Source: Octopus vulgaris
Lineage: Eukaryota
DNA: 64,000 nt
Assembly (NCBI GenBank): GCA_951406725.2
Contig: OX597821.1
Coordinates: 58,962,001 to 59,026,000, forward strand
Direction: 5' to 3'
The notes beneath the pieces were generated by a model, which worked only from the letters and a program-made list of their open reading frames with translations, was not told the DNA's origin and made no database searches. Positions within the stretch are counted from its first letter, which is position 1. Every line of letters begins with the position of its first letter. Position numbers and translations under genes: made by a program. Below are positions 39,350 through 52,765 of the stretch, piece by piece.

Positions 39350-39840
39350 CTAACAGAGTACGTAAGTTTCATATGTGACATGTGCATCAGAGCCGTCATG
39401 CTGTGATTTCACTAGATATGGATTCTCTTAAAATACCTGGATAGCTCACTGGAAGTTGTTGTTGGCTTTTGTTATTTAGGAGGTGTAATTAACAAGGGTG
39501 GTGGTTGCTCTGAAAATATAACATGAGTAAGAAGTTGGAGAAAATTCAGGGAACTACTACTTTTGTTGGCAATGAAGGTCTTTTCCCTCACAGTGAAGTG
39601 CAGATTAGAATTGTGATGCTGCATGGTAGTGAGACTTGGGCCTTGAATTTAGAGGACTTGAGAAGACTGGAAAGAAATGAAGTGAACCTGCTCTGTTGGA
39701 TGTGCAATGTATGTATGCAAGAATCACATAGTACAAATGTGCTGAGAGAAAAACTGGGCATGAGAGGAATCAGGTTTAGTGTGCAAGAAAAAAGACTGCT
39801 GTATGGACATGGAACAAAGTAGTGAAGGCTGATCGACAGT
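39350..39840 (+). mobile_element. RTE LINE ORF fragment (post-RT region)
   Basis: FCYLGGVINKGGGC...VMLHGSETWALNLEDLRRLERNEVNLLCWMCNV...LREKLGMRGIR. Confidence 0.85.
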
Positions 39841-40343
39841 ATCTGGTCACAAAGCCAGGCTTATGGAGGTATTGATTGATGGTGCTTTGTGAAAGACCAA
39901 GTACTGTTGACAACATATGAGTGCTTGTGTTTGGTTGTTGTTCAACCATTTCAAGCAAGGCCTCATCTTCCACAGCGGGTCTTCTTGTCCTTGGTTTATT
40001 TTCAAGGATGGTGCCACCTTCCTTGAAATGTCTGAACCACCTTTGTACCCCACACATCCATTGACAGTTACGAGGCCTTTCACACCATTAACTTCTTTTT
40101 CCCCAGTCTTCACACTCATTTTTTTTTCCATGGGTAGCGTGAAATGGTCTAATTGCAATTTTTTCACCAATCATTATCAAAGCTGTAAAATGAAAAATAA
40201 ATAATTAATGTCTATATGTTCTTTATGAAAATAAAGAATAAACAAGTCAGCCTCAAATGGACAAGTTGTATCAAATTAATGATGGAGATACAAGTTGCCA
40301 AAAATCATCACTGAAAATTCAAAAACACTTTTGACTCAACCTG
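39841..40343 (-). mobile_element. Mariner transposon 5' fragment
   Basis: VQRWFRHFKEGGTILENKPRTRRPAVEDEALLEMVEQQPNTST...LGLSQSTINQYLHKPG (mariner double HTH). Terminus CAGGTTGAGTCAAAAGT at 40343. Confidence 0.85.
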
Positions 40344-40345
40344 CT

Positions 40346-40840
40346 ACACCTTAGATACATCCTTTTCTACTCTAGGCACAACGCCTGAAATTTTGGGGTT
40401 AGTCGATTAGATCGATCCCCAGTATGCAACTGGTACGTAATTTATTGACCCTGAAAGGATGAAAGGAAAAGTTGACCTCGGCAGAATTTTAGCATGGAAA
40501 GCGGACGTTAAACGATGATGATGATGATGAATGTAAAGACAGACAAAATACCGCTAAGTATTTCACCCATTGTGCTAATGTTTCTGCCAGCTTGCTGCCT
40601 TATACCTTAGATATATTTTTTCTACTCTAGACACAAAGCCCGAAATTTTGGGGGAGGCTGCCAGTTGATTAGACCCCAGTACACAACTGGTACTTAATTT
40701 ATGGACCCCGAAAGGATGAAAGGCAGTCGACCTCAGCGGAATTTGAACTCAGAATGTAAAGGCAGATGAAATACCGCTAAGCATTTCACCCAGCGTGCTA
40801 ATATTTCTGCCAGCTTGCTGCCTTACACCTCAGATGTATC
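40346..40840 (-). mobile_element. Two tandem tRNA-headed SINEs (Meta/Sauria-like central domain) sharing a triplicated target site
   Basis: Domain GCCTTTCATCCTTTCGGGGTC..TAAA.TAAGTACCAG on the - strand. TACACCTTAGATACAT-like 16-mer at ~40345, 40601 and 40824. Confidence 0.8.
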
Positions 40841-41296
40841 AACTCCAAACTGAATTGTAGTGTAGACCTTACTTTAAAAGTAACAACTTCTCGGATTGTG
40901 CTGCAATTAATTAAATACCTATCTATTAATAGACTTTCAATATAAATAAGTCTTTCATTTTTTATTTTGATAAGTATTTTAGACTTGCAAAATTGACTAA
41001 ATAGATGAAATATTCATCAAATTGAAAAGTCAGAATTATCATCATCATCATCATCATCCTCTAAAAAGGTGCTGGAAATTTAGAAAGCTAGAAAGATTGC
41101 AATAGTTAAACTAAGGTCATTGATTATCTACAAAATATTTTCTACTAAATGATGAGCTTAACTTTAAGACAAGATATTTATTGTTACCATTTTTTTTTCT
41201 TTTTTCATTTAAAAGAATGTAGCTTATACTTATTGCCTGTACCTCCAAGCATGTGTTTAGTGAAAGTGTTCTGCTATAAGTGTGTGTGTGTATTTA

Positions 41297-41590
41297 TCAT
41301 CATCATCATCTTCATCATCAATAACAACAGCAGTATTTAATGTCTGTTTTCCATGCTGGCACGGGTTGAACAGTTTGACAGGAACTGGTAAGGCCTGGAA
41401 CAACACCAGGCTCCATTGTCTATTTTGGCATGGTTTCTACCGCTGGATACCCTTCCTAATGCCCACCACTGGAGTGTGCTGGATGCTTTTTACATGGCAC
41501 CAACACCAGTTCTTTTTATGTGGAACCAGTACCGGTGCTTTTTATGTGGTGCCAGCATTGGTGGTTTTTAAGTGGCACCAAATTTCAGCC
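41297..41590 (-). mobile_element. RTE LINE 3'UTR fragment with ~24-bp repeats
   Basis: Conserved 3' box plus about four TTTTTATGTGGCACCAGCAC-like units. Confidence 0.7.
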
Positions 41591-42799
41591 TGAATTGGCC
41601 CAGGCCATGACTAACTTATCAGCACCACCAGGAAAAGGCATTTAATGATGATTGATTTTACAGTCATTCTTTTGGTACCATAGCTATTCAAGTAAAGAAT
41701 TATTGTTTGCAGTGATATATCCAAGGTGGTTTATCTGGAATTTGTTGGTGATAGTCATATAGGAACTGTTTGAATGTTATGAGATCTTTTTCTTCTCTTA
41801 TGTGTCTTGGAATGCAGTCAAAGAACATTCAGATTGTTCAGGTAATTGTGATACTTATTCTCATGGTTTTGAATTCATCATGTATCATCTCATGGCTTCC
41901 AGATTTATATAATGTGACTGTTTGTTTATTTTTAGAATGACATTGTAGAGTAAGTATGAGAAGCTGGATGTAGCCAATTTCATTATAAAACAAGTAGAAT
42001 ATTTTGGCTGGATAAGGGCCAGTTCCGATGCTAAGGGGTTAAAAGCATAAAAATTTTAAAAACATCTAAAAACCAATACTGAAGTGGATAATCAAATAAA
42101 ATATTTGTGAAAATATGCTCAAACCATTTTATTAAAACATTATATGCCAATGAATTTCTAAAAATGTTTTTTTAGGTTCTATCATTTTCCTAGTCGCATA
42201 TCTTGGAACCGTTTACCAACATAAAATTAGGGATGCCTGCTCCATTTGCTAAACACTTTACAGGAAATGGAAAGTCACTAGCTACAATTTATTTGAAGAA
42301 ATTATTTTTTAAAAATACAAAAGCATTCACTTTTTTTTAATATATGTTAATAAAAAAGTTGTAAGGTTGGCTTGAAATGTGGCCTAAAGACTAATGGAAT
42401 GTAACTCATATAGCTAAATCCCTAGTTGATAAGCTATATAAAGTTATTTATTTTCCCATACTGTTTAAATGTTGCTATGGTTTTTTAGTGTTTCTGTTTT
42501 TCCTTTTTGATTTGAATTGTTTATTTTTTAAATTGGGGTAAAATGTAGATTAGTATATTTGAGAAAAAGAATTCCTTTGAGGATTTTCTGGTTAGTTTTG
42601 AAGTCATTGATAATTCAACAACTTGTGTTATAGCATTTGTTTATATAATCAGTCCACTTGTGAATTTGATATACTTTCCAAATTGTAGTGAGACAACACT
42701 AAGGAAGCCGAAGCTGTGTAACAATTTGACAAATGTCTCTTTCAATTGAAATGAGTCCTGGGTAGGTTGGTATTTATTTTGCCTATTTTTATATTTTAG

Positions 42800-42938
42800 A
42801 ATCCAACAATGAATTAAATGGCTTGGTGGAAGACAAGGAGATAGCAGCCCGAGCTGTAGCATTGGTTGTTAACAGCTCTCGGAAAGGGATTGTACCACTT
42901 TGTGCTGATGTAGCAAATCTTTTGAGAGCTAAAAAAAG
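42800..42938 (+). CDS. Internal coding exon of an unidentified gene (139 bp, phase 1 to 2)
   Basis: Long pyrimidine acceptor ...tatttttatattttag and perfect donor AG|GTAAGT. Open frame SNNELNGLVEDKEIAARAVALVVNSSRKGIVPLCADVANLLRAKK. GC richer than flanks; unique sequence. Confidence 0.75.
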
Positions 42939-44776
42939 GTAAGTCTTTAGTTTCTTTATTTGCCAGCCACGTTAATTCTGTTACATAAATGCACCTTTAT
43001 GATTCTTGTTATTCAATTGTTTCTTTGATTGGTACTGTCTTGCTTCCAAATACTGTATTGGTTTAAAAAAAAAAACAACAACATAAAGAGCCTTACTTTC
43101 GTACCCCTTCACCATAAAACAATATTAGCCACTGTTTGTTTGTATTTGCTTTTCTGCAGCTTTCTTCTTTCATTATTCTTCTTTATTTTTTTATTTGTAT
43201 AGTTTTTAGTTAGTGAGTTACTGTTCCAAACCCAAGTTTGGTTTTTGACAGTTTGATTTAAAACCATAAACAACTTGTAAATGTGATGCTGAATGCCCTT
43301 TAGTTGCCCCTCCCCCTCTCCCTGCTACAAAAAAATACATTTTCATCCATTAGAGTAGACAGATTTTTCTATATATTCATTTGCACACAAAAATAGCCTG
43401 TCTTCAATATCTGTCTAATAAGGATAAATAAATCCAATATTTTGGTTGGTGATTTTTATGACACTTATGATTATTTACAAGTTATAAAATGGTGTTTATT
43501 ACTTTCATTCTTTGTTTTCAAAATTGATGTATTTCCAGTTTTACATTTACTCCAAATACTAAAGATCTTTTGGTATTCTTCATTTTCTGTACCTCTTTCT
43601 GAAGATTCATTTCTCTTTTGTCATTTCTGTCAGTTCATAATTCATCCTTTTCTCAAGTAATAAATATTTAATTTGAAACCATTAGCTTCAAACTAAGTTT
43701 TCTGTTCAGAAAGTATATACAAGTGTGGAGTAACTTGATAAAAAAAAAAAACCATGTTGTTTTTTCCATGAGCAACTCCCAGTTTTAAAGATTCTGGTTA
43801 GCAAAGATTTTGGTTTGTCATCTGTTACAACTTACCCAATCAGTCTCACATTTTCACACTACCTAAGCCATATGAATGGAAATAGTCTTTTTCTTGGGGG
43901 CAAGAGATATAGCATCCTTCAGCAAATACAGACAATCTACAAAACCAAAACATTATACATTGTCAAATCATCATCATTTACTGTTCACTTTCTATGGTCA
44001 CCATTCCTGTCACCATTCCTCACTTGTTTTCAGACAAATTTCCTTATTGCCAAACTGTTTTTCATGGAAGAGTAGAAGTGAACAGTCTTGCTTGTATGAC
44101 ACTGATGCTCATTTACAGTGATCATATGATGTCTAGACAAGGGTACACACAAACACACACACACATGCACATACATCTTAATCATCCATTAACCATGCTC
44201 ACATCAGTTGGATGGTTTGACAGGATCCTGTGAGTCTCAGGGTTTCTTTCAGTTTCCATTTACCAAATTCACTCACAAACCTTTGGTCAACCCAGTGCTA
44301 TAGTAGAAGACATTTGCCCAAGATGCCACACGTTGGGACTGAACCCAAGATCACATGATTGGGAAGCAAGCTTCTTAACCACACAACCATGCCCTAAATC
44401 TAATAAATATTTTCCTCAGAACTATAATGCATTCACTTAATAAATGCTCTCTTAGTTTAACTTAGAACTTATCACAGTACTCTGGCTGCAATACTGTATC
44501 TTCCATAATTAACTGATTTATCTAACTAATTTTTAGCATTCCGTATTTTGGGATTCATGTCAATCAGTCATTTGACAGGCATAGATCTGCATAAGACCTG
44601 ATTGCCATTTTGCAAATGTTCGACTTTTGGTACACCATCTAGCTTATATACTCTCGTGCTCTTTTATCACAAATATTACAAATTCTTGTAAAGTTATATT
44701 TAACGTGAACGTATTTGGATGTAAGATCTTGCTACAGAGACATGTTTGAAAGCAAAAAAAAAAAAATGGATTCTTA

Positions 44777-45262
44777 CATTTGTCTAGGTGGAGAATTTTC
44801 TCCTGAGACTTTTTCTACAGCAAAGGGTCTTATGTCTGAATACACTCAAATATGTTAAATGTGACTTTGTACAAAAATTTTTATTCAATGCTTCATGCAA
44901 CATTATTTATTCAATTCTAGCTCATCTAAGTTTTATGCACATCAACAAACATTCTATATGCTATTTTAATAAGAATGATTTCGTTCTTATTTGGGCTGTG
45001 AATGACAGATTTGATTTTCATTGCTGATGAAGCAGAACAAAAAAAAAATACCTGTGCTCTATGATCCATTGATATCATTCACAACCCAAAAATTGTGTTT
45101 ACACATGTCTAGGTGGTGCAATTCCTTAAGACAGTCTTCACAGTGAAAGGTCTTATCATGTTCAAATACATGCAAACGTGTTAAATATAACTTTACACAA
45201 ATATTTTTTATTCAACACTGCTTCATGTAACATTATTTGTTACAAATCCTGTTCCACTTAAG
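44777..45262. repeat. Old diverged direct duplication (~155 bp; 44777-44930 and 45103-45262)
   Basis: Collinear blocks TGTCTAGGTGG...GGTCTTAT...AATACA...TGTTAAAT...TTTTTATTCAA...TGCTTCATG.AACATTATTT...TAAG. Confidence 0.75.
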
Positions 45263-45740
45263 CTCATTAGTTGTACTTGTTACTCTGCATTTTGCCACCC
45301 ATGTTGTGTTTCTCCCCAATGTTTTTATGAAGCTTGACATGCAATTCTTCATTCTAATGACTACTGACATGCATAACTACTTCATTCTCATGTGTTGCCA
45401 AAGTATACCAACTTTCAACTTGGTTCCATTAATTAGCCTTATCAATCTTACTTGCCTTTCACAAGTGTTTCGAAAGACTATGAGCAATATTTTTATTCAG
45501 ACAATAATTTTTTTAAGACTTCTCAAACTTTTAATTTCTCTGAGAAAACTTATTTTTCTCCAAACATAACTCATCATCACCATCATTCTAAATAAGCACC
45601 AATTAAGAACTGGTGTCAATGCAGCTGATTTACTATTCCCCTAAAATTGCTGGCCTTCTGTCCAAATTTTGAAAGCATTATTGCTGTTGTCTTTTATTCA
45701 GCCAGTGAAATTTGCAGCAAGAAAAATCAAAAGTTGTAAT

Positions 45741-46145
45741 AGGTGCAGAAGTGGCTGTGTGGTAAGTAGCTTGCTTACGGACCACATGGTTCTGGGTTCA
45801 GTCCCACTGTGTGGCACCTTGGGCAAGTGTCTTCTACTATAGCCTTGGGCTGACCAAAGCCTTGTGAGTGGATTTGGTAGACAGAAACTGAAAGAAGCCC
45901 ATCGTATATTTGTATATGTATATATATGTGTGTGTGTTCGTGTGTCTGTGTTTGTCCCCTCAACGTTGCTTGACAATTGATACTGGTGTGTTTACGTACC
46001 TGTAACTTAGCAATTTGGCAAAAGCGACCGATAGAATTAGTACTATGTTTACAAAGAATAAGTCCTGGGTCAATTTGCTCGACTAAAGGCGGTGCTCCAG
46101 CATGGCCACAGTCAAATGACTGAAACAAGTAAAAGAGTAAAAGAG
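45741..46145 (+). mobile_element. Full-length copy of the dominant tRNA-derived SINE family
   Basis: A box GTGGCTGTGTGG, B box GGTTCAGTCCC, CCTTGGGCAAGTGTCTTC body, internal microsatellite, GTAAAAGA tail. More than 20 partial copies on both strands (e.g. 385, 9056, 11641, 13772, 15518, 17663, 19180, 22265, 24137, 25785, 28402, 31328, 32608, 35930, 44243, 47392, 62428, 63320). Confidence 0.88.
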
Positions 46146-47087
46146 AGTCATGTTTTTCTCAAAGGCATTAATAATATAAATGAAGAAGTTTTTAACAAAG
46201 ATTTCAAATTATGATGGGTTCTCAGTTCATTGCGAACTTTCCCTTATGTATTTCATATGACAAAATGAGCAAAACAACTGTAGTGATATTTTGGAGCTTG
46301 ACATGAGGAAGGAATGTAGTTAATTGAATCAATTTTACTTGTTTCAGTCAGTGGATTGTGGCCATGCTGGAGCACTGCCTTTGAGGGTTTTAGTCAAACA
46401 AATTGACGCCAGTACTTATTTAAGTCTGGTACATATTCTCTTGGCTTCTATTGCTAAACCACTTGGCTACATGACTATAAACAAACCAACACCAGTTGCC
46501 AAGCAGTAAGGAAGTTTATAAGCACAGACACACACACACACATCCCTTTATGGCATGTCCCTGATATATCTCTTCCATCATTTCTCTCACTATAACCCTC
46601 CTTGTCTTACTCTCCAATGCACTCTCCTCTGTGGTGGTCGTCCAAAAATATGCAAAAAGCAAAGACAGGTGAAAGAACAACAGGCTGTATTAGTTTAAAC
46701 CTCAGGAAAAATGGAAGAAGTATTTAATGTTTCAAGCCTATTCTCTTCTACAGAAAGGAATGAGGAAAGAAAACAGATGGCGAGAGAAGAAAAAATAATC
46801 AGGTCTGAATTAACAGTTACTACATGTTGAACTGACCGGAAGGAAGGAATTGGCTTGAGACATGGGTGGCAAGGGAGGCAACAGTGACCTGGCAAAGATG
46901 TGTGTCTGAAAGCACGTGTGTTTGTGTGTGTGTGAGAGAGAGAGAGAGAGTGAGCACATGTGTATGTGTGTCTAGGCAAGCACATGTCTGAGTAGAAAGA
47001 TTATGTGAATGTGAATGTGTTTTTTTGAGTGTGTGTGTGTATGTGCATGTATGTGTGCATCTGTGTGTGTGTTTGTGTGCAAAAGCT

Positions 47088-47129
<42 letters not shown>

Positions 47130-48040
47130 CAGTGTGCAAATAGTGTGTGTGCATGCATGTGTGTCCTTGTGTCCGTGTTCAGTGTGTGTATGTGCATAAG
47201 AGGCAGTTGGATGTGTGTGTGTGTGATGCTATTGTGTGCTGTATGTACAATTCCTGAATACTGTGTGTGTTTATGAATATGTGTATGTGTGTGAGCAGTT
47301 TGTGTCCCAGCTTTTAGCTACTGTCTGTATATATATATATATACACACACACACAGTATATATATATATACACTCACACATACGTATAAGATGGGCTTCT
47401 GTACCATTTCTGTCTATCAAATTCCCTCGCAAGGCATTGGTCAACCTGGTGATATAGTAGAATATACTTGCCCAAGGTATCATGCAATGGGGCTGAACCT
47501 GAAACCATGTGGTTGTAAAGCAAGCTTCTTAACCACACAACCATTACTCAGATTGGGGTTGAGGATAAAATGCCAGGTCAATCTTTGTAGGAATTAAACT
47601 CAGAATGTAAAGGAACAAAATTATATACTGCAAGATATTTAGTATTTGGTATATGTTCTGAAAATTGTAGAAATATTTTAAGGTTTGGTTTGTATTAGCT
47701 ATGATAGGGAAGGCCATGCTAGAACACCACCTTTAACTAAATGAAGATTGTCCATCCACACTGATAAGGTTATGTAATGATAAGAGCTGCAATGATGAGC
47801 TAGCTGATAAACTACAAGCGTAACTTCTTTTATGAAGATTCAACTTAACTGCCACAGTATAAAGATAACTACATAACTACTAAATAAATGGTAATTCTGG
47901 GAAGCCTTTATAAATCAATCCATGAAATACTTTAAATTACTAAACGAATGAATTCCTAATCAAAAAGAAATACTGTTCCTGTTTCTCTATCTCTCCAAGA
48001 TACATGCATATATGTGTGTGTGTACATTATATATATATAT

Positions 48041-48097
48041 ATAAGCAAATTGTTTGTAACAAATCTTTTGAGAAGTTAGGAAAATACCTTGGTAAGA

Positions 48098-48138
<41 letters not shown>

Positions 48139-48194
48139 CTTACCAAGATATTTTCTAAGTTCTCAAAAGATTTGTTGAAAACAAATTTGCTTAT
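48041..48194. repeat. Fold-back inverted repeat with (TA)n centre
   Basis: ATAAGCAAATTGTTT...AAAATACCTTGGTAAG pairs with CTTACCAAGATATTTT...ACAAATTTGCTTAT (~55-bp arms). Confidence 0.88.
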
Positions 48195-51100
48195 TATTGG
48201 TATTTACACAATTTTGTAGCATAGGATGTCATAACATATGCAAGCCAGCCATTTTGTGGAGAAGCTAGATTCATTACTAATAGAATTCTATCAAGTAAAT
48301 ATATCAATTTCTGGGATTTATATTTAACTATTATTCCATTTATTTATCTGAAAATATATAAATTGAAGAGAGGAAGAAAAGGAAACTAGCAGCAATTTGT
48401 AAGCTGGCTATATCTAAACCCCTGGGAAACATATGTTCTATAATAGTTACAAGTATAAATAACTTAAGTAAAACAGTAAACATCACACGTTGTTAAAAGC
48501 TTGAGATGAAGTTTTCATGTTGCTTCTTATAGTTGCTTGTAGTAGAAAAGCTCTTATATCCAATTGTAACCACTGGATTTTAGATGACCACATTATACAG
48601 CCAGCTTGCCAGCCAGCCAGCCAATTAGCTGACTCCCTCACACTAGCTACACACAAGTTCAATAGGTGACCTGCCATGAATAGTCTTGTGTTTCACTGGA
48701 TTGCCCTACTTAAGTAGCTTTTGCAAAACTTTGTAATTGTATATATACGTTCTTCAAATTGAATGAAGTTTGTGTTTTAGGTAACTTTCTAGAGAGATGG
48801 TAAAGTTGGTTAAAAAGTAATGTGACCCAGAAACATACAGAATACATGTGAGTGTGTGTGTGTGTGTGTTAGGTTTCTCACTTAACCATGTGCTAAGTCT
48901 TGCGATTTCTCTGAGGGAGAAGGTAAGGGGTAATAGTTGAATGACTCAGCCCAAATGTATTACAGCTACTTATTTTGTCTACTGTTATTTCATGAAAGGC
49001 AGGTTCAATTCCTGTGGGATTTGACCTCGGAAACATGAGAAGGCAAACGAGATACTGTAAAGCAGTTTCTCTCAAGAAGGGTTTCCTGCCTCTAATGTTG
49101 TGAATTTTTTTTCCTTCTTCTTCTATTCAGAACACTCTAACATTAAACATAATCAAAACTTTGTTGAGCTGACTTTTGCTGTCCTTCATTGGAGAATCTC
49201 TGATAAAACCATTTGATAGTTTCTCTTTTTAGCACAATCAAACTCCTCAGTTTTCTTTTTTTATACATATGTTTTGACTGAATTGACATCTAATTATATT
49301 TATATTATATGATTTTGTAAATAAGATTTTTTATGTTTTAATTAGGGGGTGGGTTTGCTCTGTCATCTCGTCACTACCATTTTATCTTCTTCCCAGTTAC
49401 TCCCCTCACTTTCCTTATATGGTGCAGGGTAGCCTTGTATCTCCTCTACAGTAAGACACCTGGACTTGTCCCTCTATCATATTTTAATACCCCAACACCT
49501 GGCATAAATCCACACACACACTCCACTTAGTCAGTGGAGCTTTTTTCTTTCCTTTTTTTGTTCTTTTCTTGTCTTTTGCAAGTTACTTGGTGTGCTAGCA
49601 GCATGAAACAAATTACTCAGTACACATTGTAAAATGGTTAGCCTTAGGAAGGGCATCCAGCCATAGAAACTGTGCCAAAGCTGACCTCAGAGCTCAGTGC
49701 AACCCTGCAGCTTGCCAGATCCTGTCAAACTGTTCAGTCAATACCAGCATATAAAACAGGTAATAGATGAGGATGAGGAAGAAGAGAATGGTCGTTAGTC
49801 CCAATAACCCTTTACTGCGTTTCCTATACTTTGGGGAGGGAAGAAACTGTCCTCAGACTGGAGATTTGGCCTGAATACTTATAGCTGAGTGGACTCCACT
49901 AAATGCACCCAAGGTGCCAGGTGGTGATGTTAAACAGAGCAATGGATTGAGCCTACTCTTCCCCAAGTAGGTCACTGCAGGATTTTAACTCAGAACACAA
50001 AAGAATCAGAACAAATACCACTAGGCATCCAGTCTAATGTTCTTACATTTCCACCAATAATCCACTGCCTCAAATTGATACTTTGTTATCAAACCTCAAC
50101 CCCCGAAAGGAGGAAAAGCAAAGCTGACCCCAGCAAGCATTTGAACCCCATACACAATGAATTAGAACAAATACCATGAGGTATTTGTCTCTACTGGCTC
50201 TGCCAGTTTGTCATCATTGATTCAGTAAAAAACAATAAACAAATTGCAATAGGTTTCAGACACTGGCTTTGTATTTCTTCTCTCAGGTAGAATATGACCA
50301 TCTTAATCCATCTAGCCAAGAATAGGTGCTTTTCTCACTTCATACTTAAAAAGAAGGTTGTGAAAACCTCCCAAGGTCCTTCAATATATAGAACATGAAG
50401 AAAACTACTACTGAACATGGCATGTATATTATTGAAAGTATTGACTTAGCTTGTCACTAGACTTCACCATAATACCCACAGATTCTTGTTCAGCTAAACA
50501 TCTGTCCTCCAGAATTAATAAGGAAATATTGACAATCATTAAAAGAAAGTGAAATGAACAATGGCTATGATAAATATTTGCTTCAGCATCCATGCAAAAT
50601 ATAGTTTGAAGAGCCATCTGAGCCACACTAGCAGAGAAAATTATTGTATAGTGAGTTTTAAAAAGTTCATTAGTAGTTCTCTTGTAAATATACTGTTCCG
50701 GATTTAAAGTTCTGCTAGGAACCAGCAATGATATAATTAGAATAATAATAAAATATTAGAGGTTTATCAGTGATAAATATTACACTCTCATCTTGTTAAT
50801 GAGACCTCTACTGTTTGTCTTATCGTAGCTCATATGATGAACAGGAATAAAAAAATAATTAATTTCCTATCTCTGTACATCTGCAATTGTGTGTTTACAT
50901 AGGTTATTAATACTAAAACATATAACTATATACATATATAGACGGAAACGTAATGCAGAGGAAATAATAAGTTATACAATTATGTGTTCAAACTTACAGC
51001 AAGTTTTGCAATATGATTTTTTCCAGTACATACTAGGTGTGCCATCCTGTTCACTATCGTGCAAACTTATGACATCTTATGATATGTATATATATGTGAT

Positions 51101-52765
51101 AAACTACGGACTTTTATATGACAAAGTTAAGTCAACATAGTAATAGATTTCTTCATAAATTCTAATGCTATCTTTGAGTGCTTGAGATTATTCTAAATTC
51201 ATTTACTGTGCAAGTGAGTACTATTAAATAAATAAAGGGTACAGAAGGAAATTAGTCATATCATAACAGAAAATTTCCATAAATTGGGTTTGAAATGTGT
51301 AAATATCATTTAGCAACTTGCAGAAAACTGCTTGGAGGGTAGCATTTCTGCTGGTGGTAATGGATTCCATTTATGTAATTGTAAAATTTCATTTTATTTG
51401 ATATTTCAATAATTACTAAAGTCTTTCAGGTTGTGAGCTGGCAGAACCGTTAACACGCCAGGAAAAAAGTGCTTAGCAGCATTTCATCCACTTTACATTC
51501 TGAGTTCAAATACCACCAAGATCAACTTTGCCTTTCATCTTTTTGGGGTTGTTAAAATAAATATCAGTTGAACATCTAGGGTCAATGTAATCAACTTACC
51601 CCAACTCCTGTAATTCCTGGCCTTGTATCAAAATTTGAAACCAGTAATGACTAAAGACTTTTTTTTCTTTATATAAACTGTTTTTGTACATTCTGATTTA
51701 ATATTTTCTCTTACTGATATCACTGTTCTTAGATAATCACAATTCTTGCAATGTAGGGAAAATTTTATTCGGGCATAAATGTTTGGTTTGCTGTTATAAT
51801 TTCATGCAGTTCATCCTTTCAAGTACCTTCGCTGGAGCTTTGATGAATTTTGTCGCATAAAGTCATGATATTTCTATATAGCATCTGCTGAATTTAAAAT
51901 GTTTTGGTGTCCCGATAAACTTCAGATCTAGGACAAGGCTATGAAAAGAAAATATGAAGTGATGTTTATAACATTCCATGTCGTTGCAGTATTGCATGTT
52001 TTACATATTTCCTGTTTTGTGTGACTCAACATGCCAGTCATGTGGTCAGTATTATTTATCATGCAATCTACCAATCGGACTAATTATTTAGCAGATTAAG
52101 GCTTCTACAAATAAAGAACTTTGTATAATTGCAGTTTCATTTGGACTTGGATGGATGCTATATTATGAGATTTCACAACTTGACTAGATTGGGAGTAATA
52201 CTTACTAGACTGAAATAATATTCTCTTATAGTTTATTGATCCTGTCTTTCACTTGTCTCAGTCATTGGACTGTGGCCATGCTGGGGTACCACCACAAATC
52301 AGCCCTAGGACTTATTTTTTTTAAAATCTAGTGCTTATGCTCTCACTTTTTTGTTTGCTTGTTTTTGCCAAACCACTAAGTTATGGGGATATAAACAAAC
52401 CAACACTAGTTGTCAAGCAGTGGTGGGGAGCAAACACAGAGACACACACATATATGCATATATACATATACCTACATGATGATGCCTGTCTGCTCATTAG
52501 ATGAACGTAACCATCACAGACAGGTGTGTCAATAATGCCATGCAAGGGTTTTATGTCAAGTGCGACTTGCACAACACCACGACAACTCTAACTAGCAATA
52601 CCAAGAAGCCCAGTGACATGCCAAGTGCAAAGTATCTGGTTCAGTAGAGCAGCAAGTTTTATATATGAGTTAGCCTTCTCCTAGAGGGATGCCTTGACAA
52701 AGACCAGGGGTCTCCCATTCCCAGTAGGCTTACTGCACCCTCAGACGCCAATCCAAATATTTCTA

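Noticed and set aside
42177-42340. Exon after a strong T-rich acceptor
   Set aside because: Stops in all frames from the acceptor and no convincing donor.
45741-45820. tRNA gene
   Set aside because: A/B boxes are present but there is no cloverleaf, and the sequence continues into a SINE body repeated more than 20 times.
50429-50728. 99-aa minus-strand ORF resembling a hAT dimerisation domain
   Set aside because: Only a vague SASV similarity; the diagnostic ERxFS motif is absent.
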